A stretch of 57,062 bases of DNA, the filler included, from Bipalium vagum (taxonomy: Eukaryota): NCBI GenBank assembly GCA_037834085.1. It is 3 parts of 3 records of this genome, joined end to end, with 100 filler letters (N's around TTAATTAATTAA, not from the genome) between each part and the next. Parts side by side here need not be neighbours in the genome. Positions count along the whole stretch, not along the records: positions 1 to 21,579 come from JBBMKC010235043.1; 2 more parts are not named here. One strand, written 5' to 3'. The position numbers and the translations under genes are program-made. This document shows, piece after piece, positions 1 through 11,610 of this stretch. Under the pieces are notes generated by a model that was not told where the DNA came from, searched no databases, and saw only the letters and a list, made by a program, of their open reading frames with translations. Numbering within the stretch: position 1 is the first letter of the stretch; the number at the start of each line of letters is the position of its first letter.

Positions 1-3000
1 CAGTGTATACAATTGATTTTTATTGACATTCTATTGATTGATTGAAAGATTTTGTATTGTTCTGAGCAATAAAGTGTAGTATCTAGTTGTTTGATTTGCG
101 TACACGTATAGGAACAAGTGAAGGGTTCAGTAACGTTACGAGCTAAGGTTACGACTGGGGTTCTTAGTGAATTAATATCGTAACAAATGCGTTTATTCAC
201 TTTCAATTGGTAAGGATATTTCATTTATTTTACATGCTCAAGATGTTAAATTTATATTATTTTCGGAATATTGTAATTTTTATATTAATCCTGCGATTAT
301 TTTTTTCTTTAATATTAAATATAGAATTAAATGATAAACAAATAAATCGAACCAAATTCATAATTAAAATTTTCATCTAATATTAATGGATCATGCATAT
401 TGAAAATAATATTCGATTTTTTACTTTTGATTATAAATGATATTGAATATTTTTGCGATAAAATATTTACTGACTTTTGTAAAAAGTCGTCCATTTTAAT
501 AAATTAAAAATTGTTTTTTTATTATTAAGTGATTTTTTTTTCAAAATATTGTTGAGTCTACCCAAGACATCATCCGAGTAGGGTTAATTATGGGGGCCAC
601 TAGAAAGAGTCCGAATAATAATGATAATAAAATAGACATTAGAATAAATAATAAGAGCAAAGCTCACTTTAAAAATTATCAAAAAATAAGTAGAGATTTT
701 TAAGATAATTTTTTGATTTTATCTTATTAACTTATTAACTTATTTCACAATTTGGTTATTTCTGAGTCCTTTTGACAATTTGATAAAGTGTTCTCGTTGT
801 TATCCCGCGAGTACTATATATATATATACTGTTTAAAATACACATTATTACTATATTGATTGTTGTTAATTATACTGCCAAACAGAATCAGAGCCAATTT
901 AATTTTGAGGTACTTTATATTGAACAATATTTATGACATACTTTAGAATAGAAATACTGACAATAATTTGAAAATATTTTGATAATAAACTTATAATTTA
1001 TATAATTTTATTATTAAAAAATGTATTTATTTTTTCAATATGTCCCTCTTATTGTTTTCTCTGTATAATCCAAAAAACCAACGAAACGTCACAATCATGG
1101 TTCGATGCTTTTTAAACTATATGAGATTTACTCAAGATTAATGAACTATTACCTAATTGTTTTTCTATCATTTTTATACGCTAAATTAAGTTTCTCAAAT
1201 GTCACAAGATACTTCTAAAGTTCATATTTCTAAATTCAAGGTTAATTACCTAAATTTGAATTTTTAAAAAAAATTATTACTTGCAAGGGTTAAACTTCGA
1301 TATCACTGCATGTCTTTTGTCAAGGTTAATTAAATATTTCTTATTTTATACAATATTTTTAGAATCCAGTCTTACAGAGTGGTTTTTTAATTAGCGAGTG
1401 TTTTATGGGAGCACAGTGACTTTTATAGCAACAACTTTCGTTAAATTTTAATAAAATATTATATAGTTTCAAAAGTAAAGCTAAAAATTAATATTACTTT
1501 GAGATTAAATTAATCGTTTAAAACAAAACAACGTGCTGCAGCTATTTCGAATGAGATCCCACGAAAATGATGAAAAACTTAGCGTACTTTTCTCAAAAGC
1601 TAAAAGAAATATCAAACATATTTATATATTTTTATACTTGATGAAATATAAAATATTTTCAAAAAACCTATTGGTTATAAATATGATAAAACGAAGTACG
1701 ATATAAATTGAGAAATATCTTAGGAGAAGTCCGTTTTTTACACAATTAAAAATAATCTTTCAACAAAATGCTAAACAAAACTTTTATATATCAATCTACA
1801 AGGAAACGTACTAATAATGAAATCTCACAGGTTTTATACATCCTCTAGAACATTATATAAATCTATTGTACTCTTCAGAATTTCAGCACTCCGTACAAAT
1901 GAAGAAAAATAAAACAGTAATCCATAATTTCCTTTTATAAATATATAATTTATACGAAAACTTTATAAAAATATTATTTCTTGTCATCACTGGTTTCTGT
2001 GTTCTCTACTTTGTTCTTTTTCTCTGAAACAAAAATTACAACAGTCACATAATAATATGGAACGATAAAAATTCTTGACTTTATTCTTTATTTATTTTAC
2101 TTTTACTATTATTATTGTTCGGTTTCAGTCGATAATAAAACCGACAACAAATATAAATAAAAGAATAATAATAATTCAAAATAATATCAATAATAATAAT
2201 AATATTATTTTTTGAAAAATTTTTCTTCTAATCAGATTCTGTCAGAGTGGTAGACCCCGATTATTGTTTCAGTCATTATGCATTGATGAGCATTTTCCAT
2301 TAAATTAGCAAGAATAGGGTATTTAATACTTTTATCTGATCTAATTATCTCAGGTAGGGTGACGTTCTTTACTGACTAAAATTAAGAAGTTGCTTTTTTC
2401 TCACTCTCGACAGCAAATGACTTTCACCGTGCTTCAATATTTACCTTGTGACCATATAAAAAACTCAGAGCGGGCAGTTTAAAAAAGGAGAAAATTACTA
2501 TGTTAAGACAATAGATTTTAGAAGCTATTGCGAAACATAATTTTCGATAGTTCCTATGACAGCCGGGCTCGGTAAAGATCATCCGATCACGAATGACCTA
2601 AAGAAAACTCGTGTTTCGTCAAGAAGCCTTGTCAAGTTTCCAGTCGGTGAGTCGTATTGTTTTGTTTTGTTTTACTTTTATTTTCATTTTATTTCTATTT
2701 TTTTATTCTATTTATTCTATTCTAATAACCAGTTGACGTGACTAGAGTGACCAATAAACTCAATCACTTTGATTCAGAAGACCATTCACTATCGATTGTG
2801 AGATGTTTTGTGATTACTATTGATTTTTTTCGTGATTCTGAGTTGATGGTTAATAATAGATTGTAGTGTTTTTCATTATTTTTTACCTGTAGGATTACAG
2901 TAGAAAGTTTGATTCATTGGAGGCCAAAAAATGCACTTGGATGACTTCTTCTTCATTAAAACTGTGGATTTCTATCTGAGAGGGATCTTTTTAAAAAGTA

Positions 3001-3016
3001 AAACTGCTGAAGAATT

Positions 3017-3087
3017 TCAGGTTTTTTCCTTAGAATCCCTATGATCTTCCGGTGATTTAATATAAACAGAGTTTATTAAAGTCTTTT
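3017..3087 (-). CDS. PDE1: PDE1 probable terminal coding exon (E)KTLINSVYIKSPEDHRDSKEKT*
   Basis: cacag acceptor (+3088-3089 'ct'), phase 1 matches the upstream donor, open to TGA at 3019-3017. No conserved motif, and other nearby acceptors exist. Confidence 0.45.
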
Positions 3088-3255
3088 CTGTGTAGTACTT
3101 TTTGAGATTTAAACAATAACAGGCAAGATTTCTGATAATTATTATCATCTAATTATTTATTTTCTAAAAATTTAATTTTAAATAATATAATTATTAATAA
3201 AATTAATTTATAATTATATTTATAAAGAACCTCGTGCTACACAGACAAATTTTAC

Positions 3256-3357
3256 CTTTGCTCTGATCGATTTTCTCCTGCCAAACAGTGCGATTGATAA
3301 AAATCTTTCCATCCCAAGGGTATGATATGGAGTTTTTTATGGTTGTGTTTTGAGCAA
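3256..3357 (-). CDS. PDE1: PDE1 exon (V)AQNTTIKNSISYPWDGKIFINRTVWQEKIDQSK
   Basis: ttttctacag acceptor and gtaaaa donor, 102 nt, phase 1-1. The PW..(I/L)..N...W pattern is the last helix of the PDE1 catalytic domain. Confidence 0.82.
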
Positions 3358-3499
3358 CTGTAGAAAATATGTATATAATAATGCTAACCCATAAAAATTG
3401 TTAAAAAAACAAAAATATTATAAATTTAAATACATTCTTAACAAATTTCCAATGTAAAGTTTATTTTTTGATGGCTTAATGAAACCCTCATAAGAGTAA

Positions 3500-3830
3500 T
3501 ACTACTAATAATTATTATTATATTATTTTTATAAAAAAGGAAAAAATTGTGCTCAGGACTTTATCGAGCTTGTCAATTCGATATGCTGCTCTCGAAAAGG
3601 CATCATTGTAAGCAGTTATCTGTAATGTCATTAGAGAAAAGGCATTCCAATTATTTAAACCGACCGTCGTAAGTCTGCACAGACGATTTTTGTGGAAGTT
3701 TTGTGATCCAATGTTGTGTGCAGTTGGAAAATGATTATTCTTTTATTAACAAGTTTATATGATTAGACGAAGGTAAGTTCAAGCTAAATCGAGTGATTAA
3801 GCACGTAATTATAAATTTTAAAGCTTTATT
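3500..3830 (-). mobile_element. Decayed 3' end of a CR1/L2-like LINE
   Basis: Minus-strand translation ...GLNNWNAFS...RIDKLDK resembles the 'V..WN.LP...FK.RLDK' CR1 ORF2 end, followed by an AAT-rich tail. Confidence 0.3.
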
Positions 3831-4011
3831 CTTCTTTTTGTCATAAATATTACAATGGTTCATTAATTCTGGTCTTAAATTAAAATAATCAATAACGTTA
3901 GTTATATTTGTACAAAGTCAAAAGATAAATTGATTTTAAATATCTGATATAAGTTTATATGGGTTCAGAAATGATATTTGTTTAAATAAACAGTTTTAGA
4001 AAACACAATAA

Positions 4012-5024
4012 ATGAATAGGTCAAAATTAGGTTTCGAATATGTACTAATACTTTTATTCGATTTACGGAAATCAATAGTAGAACAATATCAAATACTTGA
4101 GGACATATAAGCTGATGAGACTTCATCTTTGTCAAACTGTAAATTATGATTTACCGGATTTAAATCAGCCAATTTGATTTCTTTGATAAAGAAAGACAAA
4201 ATGAGGCAAAAATTTTGCAGATAGTGCACATTTTTTAATTTACAAACCGCTCAAGCAGAGAAACAATTAGCCATGACATTAAACACACATAGATCAACAA
4301 TTTCCAGGTGGCTAAAAGTACTAAATGAAATTCAAAAGGAGGGAAAATATCTTTACTTGTCAGTCAAAGAAAAAAGAGTTAGTTGGGAATTGTTATGGGT
4401 GATGAAAAATGAATTTATTTCCATAAGCATAAACGAAAAAATCATGGATTGATCCAGGACAAGCATCAACATCCAGTGCAAAGTGCAATTATTATGATAA
4501 GAAGTTTATGATTTGTATTTGGTGAGATATGGAATATATCGTATAACTTATAAAATTCAAGGAAACAGTTACAGAGGAACGTTATCGATATCAACTAGTA
4601 GCTTAGATGATGAATTGATAAAAAAAAAATATAACAGTCAGCAATGGACGCAAAGATATCCTTTTTTATTACACGCAAGATCACGTTTTTCGTCAATCTT
4701 CACGCAAATACTATTAGAGTGTAATTGGAAATGCTTCTGGACCCAGCGTTTATCTCCAGACATAGGTCGAACAATTTTCATCTATTCAGGTCAATCTATT
4801 GAAGAAATGCAATTTAATACGTTGGAAGATATACAAAATCTGGTGTCCTGTTAGATTCATTCTAAAGAAAAAATCACTTTATCGATGCGGAAAATCCATT
4901 TTGACAAATTTCCAGGAGAAAGTTTTTTTTAAACTACTTTTACTCATTTTAATGTGTTTCTTTACGATAAAATAAATACTAAAAGTTGTTTAAAACGTCT
5001 AAAGTTAATTACCCTTCCATTATA
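4012..5024 (+). mobile_element. Decayed mariner (Mos1/mauritiana-like) transposase relic inside a PDE1 intron
   Basis: Frameshifted and stop-riddled translation CKL*FTGFKS..DKERQ..EKQLAMTLNTHRSTISRWLK..GDEK*IYF..SWIDPGQASTS..ICIW*D..LSPD is colinear with Mos1. The right end resembles that of the 40565-43099 copy. Confidence 0.85.
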
Positions 5025-5401
5025 ATCATAGTCTATTCGTTCTAGTCACAAAATCCGTTTGTGCCACGATCCAGCCCAAACCCCAGCCTTGACATATTTT
5101 TATTATTTTTTTAATGTATTAAATCATTTTATATTATATTATTAAAATTTATATAATTCAAGATATTATATTTTTTCTGAAAGGAAACAAAATAACAGAT
5201 TCCAGGGCGAGTGACACAGAATGATGTTTGGGAACAAATTCCGATTTGAAGAGAAAATCAGTGAAGACGGCCATGAAAATGTTAAGTAATCCGGACAGGG
5301 GGACAAAACCAGTGGAAAATTCTAATTTATGACAGCAATTAAACAATAAAATCAATCGAATACCCTAACAGGACAAACTGTATACAAAACGAAAGAATTA
5401 C

Positions 5402-5524
5402 CTGATTTGTTTTGATTTTCTTCCGGGTCCGGCTTAAGACCTTGTTTGGTCAAAAGGTTGTTAATGAAGTCTAACATATTTCCCAAAACATTGAAACTGG
5501 GTTCCACAATGAAGTTAGAAAATC
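5402..5524 (-). CDS. PDE1: PDE1 exon (G)FSNFIVEPSFNVLGNMLDFINNLLTKQGLKPDPEENQNKS
   Basis: ttttaccag acceptor, gtaatt donor, 123 nt, phase 1-1. GF.xFIVEP follows the invariant Gln of PDEs. Part of ORF 5352..5537. Confidence 0.92.
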
Positions 5525-5869
5525 CTGGTAAAAACATTTTATGAAAAATAATGATAAAATGTTAAGGAAAAGATCGATTAACAAAATTTCATGGAGATCT
5601 TTGGTCTCAAAGGTCTTCCTAATTTCACAACTGTCAAAAATATTTATAACAATGACTTGGTAACATTTTTATTGGAATTATTTTATTAAAATTAATTAAA
5701 TAATATTAATTAATTAATTAAATTTAAAAATTATGAGTTTAATTTTTCAAGGAATTTTTAAAATAATTAAATTATTAAAGTAAATTAAATTATTAAAAAT
5801 TAATTCTTTTTAAAATGTCCTTAATTGATTATTTTTTAAGTTTGCGCCAATAATCCGGAAGAAATTTAT

Positions 5870-5982
5870 TATAATAATAATAATAATAATAAATAAAAAT
5901 AATAATAATAATATGATAATAATAATATGATAATAATAATATGATAATAATAATATGATAATAATAATAATAATAATAATAA
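5870..5982. repeat. Compound (ATA)n/(ATG) microsatellite
   Basis: ataataataat...atgataataataat units. Explains the poly-Ile and poly-Tyr ORFs 5810..5992 and 5829..6026. Confidence 0.95.
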
Positions 5983-8323
5983 TCTGGTTCAATGAAAATT
6001 AGAAAAATGTACAGATAATTTCCCATTTTATTTACATTTGCGTAGGGAATTCATTGAGATTCTCTCACATTATTTCGTTAATAAATAATATTTCCTGAAC
6101 CGCCGGAGTTATTACTTTTATTTTCACTGTCCTTTTAAACAACTATTTAAAGTAGATCTGTTCTCAATGATGAAGTGTCTGTGCTGTGTCTGTTGTTTGA
6201 TCTTCAATATTGTGATCAGTTCTCAAAAACGGTTCTTTCACCAATTAATTATTCAAACCTCAGCAGAAAAAAATTTTTTCTTTTTCCTCCATTTCTAAAA
6301 ATAGAACGTAACCCGTGTAAAAATCTCAGATTTTATCGATAATATTTTTATTTTTCACAATTAATTGAAAAATAAAGTGCCATTGATTTTCACATTAATT
6401 CTTCCACATTATCACCACATAACCGTTTTAATTAATTTCATAATTTATTTATGATTAAAGATTAAGAAAATGAAAAAAAATATTAAAAATATAATTATAT
6501 TATAGAAATATATAAAAAAATTATTATATTATATAAATATTTTTAAAAATATTTCTACTGCTCTTATCGATTTTAAATTAAATTATTAATATTTAATTAA
6601 TATTGTTTTTCACTAATTATTTTATAATTAAATCGATATTGGTCCTGAAGAAATATGTGACATTCAAGAAACAACAGATTTCACTGATAATTTGAGACTG
6701 AGCATTGATTAAAACAAAAACAATTATTCAGATATTATGATTTATGAAAATTCATTATCTTCATTTAAAAGTCAGACTCAAAACAAATCGATCCATTGCT
6801 TATGTAAATATCATTCGTGAGAGAATAATTAATATTTTGGTCCATACAATTTTATGTGTACATTTTGTAAATGATAGCGTACATATGGATTTTTATGGAT
6901 TTCTTTGTTGTTACGGTTACGAAAATATTTTGTTTAAATTATTGATTTTTGTAATTTAATTTGCAGAAAAAATTGAGCATTATAAGAAAATTAAACACAA
7001 ATATTTTGAAAATACTTTTATAATAATTAATTTAATACTAGTGATAAAGATTTGTTAAATTTCTCTAAAAGCTGGAGTTTAATTATCAACAAATCGACTG
7101 AGAACTTAACGTTTTTAATGTCTTTTGTAAAACTAGTGTTCGTTTTAAAATCAATTGAAACATTCAAATAACTAAAATAAAAAAATGATTTATAATTTAT
7201 ATTTTTAATAAAAAAAATCGATAATGTGTACAAATGATTATCATGAAAATACCCAAAAATTTTCTGTTAATTAAGCTAGAAAATCCTCGCTTACGATATT
7301 TGTATCAGTATCTCAGAAGACCTTCAATATTATTGTTCGCTATCCTATTAAGTATTTGAACTATGAAAATAAAAACATTTGGACCAGAAATGAAGGAAAA
7401 ATCTTTTTACTTAATCTTAGATTCTAGAGCTCTAACATTTATTTATAAGAATTAACTATTAATTTAAGAATCAGTAGCAAATCGTTACAATAATTTATAC
7501 TCAATAAATTACAATTACTGGCGAAATAATAATCGATTAAAATAAAGTTGTTCAGACATTAATAATAATTCTGACAATAAATAATATTAATACAATCGAC
7601 AAAATTCTTACTTTGACAATAAATATATTTTACAATCGATAATTGATTTTATTTTGATAATTTTAATAGTATTCCTCCTTGTTACTAAAAATAATTTTGA
7701 TAATTTATTATTTACAAAATTCTATTTATATATTTTTTTTAAAATTATTTTTAGTAACATAATGTCATTTTGTTACATATTGTTACAAAATCTATATTTA
7801 TCAGAAAGAAAAAAAACAAAAAAATAATAATCATGATAATATTAGTCCATTAAATAATTTTTAATTCTAACAGAATTATTTTATTTACTTAATATTTATA
7901 CTTGATTTTTTGAAAAGTTTTCTACAATAATGAAAAAAAACAAAAAAATAAACAAAATTGTTTCCAATCAGACATTCTTATTATTGAGACTTCACAGGAT
8001 TCTCTAAATCATTAATGTTATTTGTAATATTTATAAAAACACATTTTAAAGTTTATTGTAATTTAAAACTATTGTATTATTTAAAACTTTTAAAAGTAAA
8101 CTTTTAAAGTATATTAAAAGAATTTCTAACATTTCTAATTAATGTTTGACGTTTTAGACTAAAAATAAGGGCCACGATAATTAAAAAATTTATCGAAATC
8201 AGTAAATAATACTTTACAGAAAAACTAAGTTTGTTTGAATATTAGAAAATCAGATAGTGAATTCGAAAAGAAGTGAAAGATTGTTTCTGAACATTGTTTG
8301 TTTTAAATATTACAATCACTAAC

Positions 8324-8325
<2 letters not shown>

Positions 8326-8400
<75 letters not shown>
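8326..8400. repeat. (TTA)25 microsatellite
   Basis: Perfect trinucleotide run seen directly. Confidence 0.97.
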
Positions 8401-8401
<1 letters not shown>

Positions 8402-8781
8402 AGATTTTTTCCATTTCTAACAGCAAATAAAAACAATTAGTCTTCAGTTGATAAAATCATCGTTTCCAAAAATCCTTCATACAAATAGAATGAATTTCAC
8501 AAAAACATTAATTATAAATTAATTAAGCCTAATATTCCGTCATTAAATGATAATAATAATAAATGTAACAATTTGAATGAAATAGATTTTGCAGACAGAA
8601 TTTGTTTCCAAAATAAAACGAAGAATGTCCAAAGGTTTATGAAATATAATTTAATATCAGAAAAATTAATTATTGAATTACGCTTAAGAATTTTCTGTCT
8701 ATTATTCTTAATATTATTATCACAGTTGTGAATATTATTATTATTATTATTATTTAATATTATTACTCAAAGCTCACTTAC

Positions 8782-8863
8782 CGACTTGAGATTCAGGTAC
8801 CAAAATACTTTTCCTGTCACAAAGAGGCGAAAAAGGTAGTTGAAGCTGGCTTTCTTGATCTCC
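8782..8863 (-). CDS. PDE1: PDE1 exon GDQESQLQLPFSPLCDRKSILVPESQV(G)
   Basis: atcatag acceptor, gtaagt donor, 82 nt, phase 0-1. GD.E..L.LPFSPLCDR and SQ.G motifs. Confidence 0.96.
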
Positions 8864-8878
8864 CTATGATAGCGAGTG

Positions 8879-8879
<1 letters not shown>

Positions 8880-8922
<43 letters not shown>
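8880..8922. repeat. (ATT)n microsatellite filling about half of a 96-nt PDE1 intron
   Basis: Direct observation; intron is 8864-8959. Confidence 0.95.
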
Positions 8923-8959
8923 TCTAATGTTATTATTTCGCAATCATAAGTTCTCCTAC

Positions 8960-9080
8960 TTGTCTGAAAAATTCTTCGAGAAGTTGATTTGTCCAGCGGA
9001 AATGCAGTGACCAGTCCTTTGCCGGGTGGGATATATCGGCACAATGTAAAATCATTGACAGTGCGCTTCCCTTATCAAGG
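8960..9080 (-). CDS. PDE1: PDE1 exon (N)LDKGSALSMILHCADISHPAKDWSLHFRWTNQLLEEFFRQ
   Basis: cctag acceptor, gtagga donor, 121 nt, phase 2-0. Contains the metal-binding Asp of LHxADISHP and EEFF.Q. Confidence 0.97.
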
Positions 9081-9289
9081 CTAGGATAGAAAGGGTTGCT
9101 TTACGGGGTACAATCAATATGTAAATTCACTTTGGTAAAGTATTAAATGTGTTATTTATCATATGTTCACAGCACTGAGTAAATTTAATTAAAAATGAAA
9201 AAAATGTTTTTATTCAAAACTCAAATGTTAAATGAAAAACTTTTCCCGACATAATCATTAAATTTCAGAAGAATTACAATATTTCGTTA

Positions 9290-10004
9290 ATCAGACAATC
9301 TTTTCAGTTTTCTGTTTAAAAGAGACAAAGGTTGGTTCTTTTCTGTTGATTAATGGTAACCTTAAGATTAAAAATTTCGGCTCCATTTTGTCACCCTGCT
9401 GGTATCGATTTCATCCCCAGTCTTTATAAGATTGAGGTATTTTATAATTGGTAAAATAAAATTATTTTACGAGAAAAAACCCATACAACTGAGTGGAATT
9501 GGGATTATTGTCCAATGCGACGAGGTAAATCTCAATTACAACGTCAAATCCCACCGTGACAGAGAACCAAAATGTGGGCACTAAAAATGTCAATACATCA
9601 CCGAATCCAGCTATAGGATTCTGCCAGGTAATTTCAGATAAAAAAGCCGATACAATGTTATCAATCATTAGAAGTTTCGTTCGTCCTGATCAATAATATA
9701 TACCGACGAACACAAGTCTTATGCTAAATTGAACTTTATACTTTTTTTAAAACAGAATTCATATGGTTGGATACCTGGAACGAAGAAACATTTAGCAAAA
9801 CTCTACAATATAATAAATTTTGTAAAAGATGTTTTAATTGATTTTGTTTCCTAATTTTAATCAAGTATTCTCAAATTCAGTTGATTTTTTTACGTAGTGT
9901 TAAATTTAATTGATTTTTTTTCTGTTGCGTCAAATTTAATTGATCACATTATTTCGCGTAAGATTTAATTGTCTGTTGTTGTAGTGTCATGTTAATATGA
10001 TCCC
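9290..10004 (+). mobile_element. Merlin (IS1016/ISXO2-like DDE) transposon relic, internally deleted, right end preserved
   Basis: Translation across frameshifts PIQLSGIGIIVQCDEVNLNYNVKSHRDR..MWAL..NTSPNPAIGFCQVISDKKADTMLSIIRSFVRP..SIIYTDEHKSYAKL..EFIWLD. Several subterminal (T)CAAATTTAATTGAT-like repeats at ~9870-9975 and a terminal ...GATCCC. Confidence 0.88.
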
Positions 10005-10199
10005 AATATTTGAATTTAGATTGAAATGATAAATTCTTCGGTTGGTTTTAATTACATATTTTAATTATATTTGACACTAAATTAAGATTTCCATCTTATC
10101 TTCATCTAGACATCGTTGAGATGTTTATAAATTAATTATAATTAAAATTATCAACGAGGTAAAATAAAAAAGTTTAATTGAATATGTCAACTCATTTTT

Positions 10200-10920
10200 C
10201 TCTTTATTAAATACAGTATCGTTTATTTTGTCCATTTGAGAGATCATTTTGTTCTTCCTATATTACAAACGTCCTTGACATTACAAAATTTCTATTACAA
10301 TAATTATTATTTAAAATTTTTAAGATTTAATTAATCTTTTGATATATTTAAACAAACCCAATATTGTATCATTGCTATCAAAAAGATCCCATCCGAACTA
10401 AATAAAATCACAATTTCTTTTGGAACCATTTATGATAATTGACAATATTAATTTTTTATCCGTTATACCATTTCAATATCTCTTTTGAACAAAAAACATT
10501 AACCCATGCTTCATATATACTAAAAGTTGTGGTCAATGTTTTATCCTTCAAAAGCAGCCATGAGAAAAAAATAACTTTGGGTTGATGCGATATCAGCCAA
10601 TTTCAGATTAGAGGTTATGTCTTTGTTTTAATTGTTAGGTTATGAATCATAACTTATGATTATAATAGAGATAACCAAAAAAAAATAGTCGGGTATTTTT
10701 ACAAGGGTCCATAATTCTCAAGGACAATATGGTAACTAATTAATCCATGTTTTCTCAGTTTGCTATAGTAACAACGGCGATCTTATTATTGTGTATTTTT
10801 ATAACTTTTTTTCAGCTCTCAGTTTTTCATTTGGCTCAATAGTCAATTATTTTAAGATACGAAACATTCTTCTGAATCTCTTTCTTTGAATAAACATTGG
10901 TCGTATTTATGTTAGGACAA
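10200..10920 (-). mobile_element. Heavily decayed piggyBac-like transposase relic
   Basis: Minus-strand fragments in expected order: IQRKRFRRMFRIL, LLKDKTLTT, KEIVILFSS, GRTK*SLKW. Confidence 0.35.
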
Positions 10921-11339
10921 GATCAATATTGGGTTACATCATTTAAATCATCCGCAAGGTCAAACTCTTAAATAAGAAACATTTAATAGCACTAAGAAAT
11001 GGAGCAATAATATCTTAAAGCAGAAAATGTTGTGACCTTTGAAAAACGATTCGTTTCTGAAATAAACAGTTTTCCTAAAATTTCGAGTAACACATCGCCG
11101 TCAACTTTGGTTTATTTAAATTGATTTGTCCTTTACAATATTCACATTTTTTAAATTGTGGAGAACTTCATACTAAATAATATTTTACATAATTACAACA
11201 TTTGTTGCCTTTTAATAAATATCGTGGTTTTGGATTAAATTGGTTAATTTAAACAACAAGAAAATTTTGAGTATTTTATATGCATTCCATCTATATTTTA
11301 ATATAAAATATGTATTATATTTATAAAAAAGATAAAGGT

Positions 11340-11610
11340 GAAAATGAAAAGAAATCCTTTTTGATTCGGATTGTGTCTGTGAGATAAATTGAAAATTAGT
11401 CGGGGGATGTAACTCAGCGGTCAGAGTAATCCATGCGCATGTGAAGGGTTTCGGTTTCGAATCCCGGTATCTCAAATTTATTTTCAACGAACAGTGTCAA
11501 GTGATGAAAAATGGATTTAGTTTGAGAAATCCTAGCAGACAATAGCATGAGTTTATCGTGGTCAATAGCGAAAACAGACTCAAGGTCAAAACGGTTTGAA
11601 AGGTGCTGTA
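11340..11610 (+). mobile_element. Short mariner (Mos1-like) fragments flanking a tRNA-like insert
   Basis: KKSFLIRIVS to the left of the tRNA-like sequence; RTVSSDEKWI*FE..NP..RGQ..KRFER to the right. Confidence 0.55.
11403..11475 (+). pseudogene. tRNA-Ala(CGC)-like pseudogene or tRNA-derived SINE head
   Basis: GGGGATGTAACTCAGCGGTCAGAG...TGCGCATGTG...GGTTTCGAATCCCGGTATCTCA matches the eukaryotic tRNA-Ala layout, with A box and GTTCGAATCC-like B box. Stems carry several mismatches. Confidence 0.7.

Noticed and set aside
2556-2741. ORF and weak minus-strand hammerhead-like motif
   Set aside because: Several core mismatches, poor stem III, and a low-complexity ORF tail.
4105-4165. Hammerhead-ribozyme-like fold (CTGATGA-GAC...GTC-AAAC with three plausible stems)
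   Set aside because: It lacks G12 and U16.1, and the same bases translate as the mariner N-terminus (ADETSSLSNCKL*FTGFKS), so the fold is coincidental.
5810-6026. Poly-Ile and poly-Tyr ORFs
   Set aside because: Translations of the (ATA)n microsatellite.
6620-6960. Possible Helitron N-terminal Cys motif (FMCTFCK..CC.G)
   Set aside because: Too short and interrupted to support.
8817-9044. ORF MCRYIPPGKG..., and an initial reading as a LINE tail
   Set aside because: Wrong-frame read-through of two real PDE1 exons and the intervening microsatellite intron.
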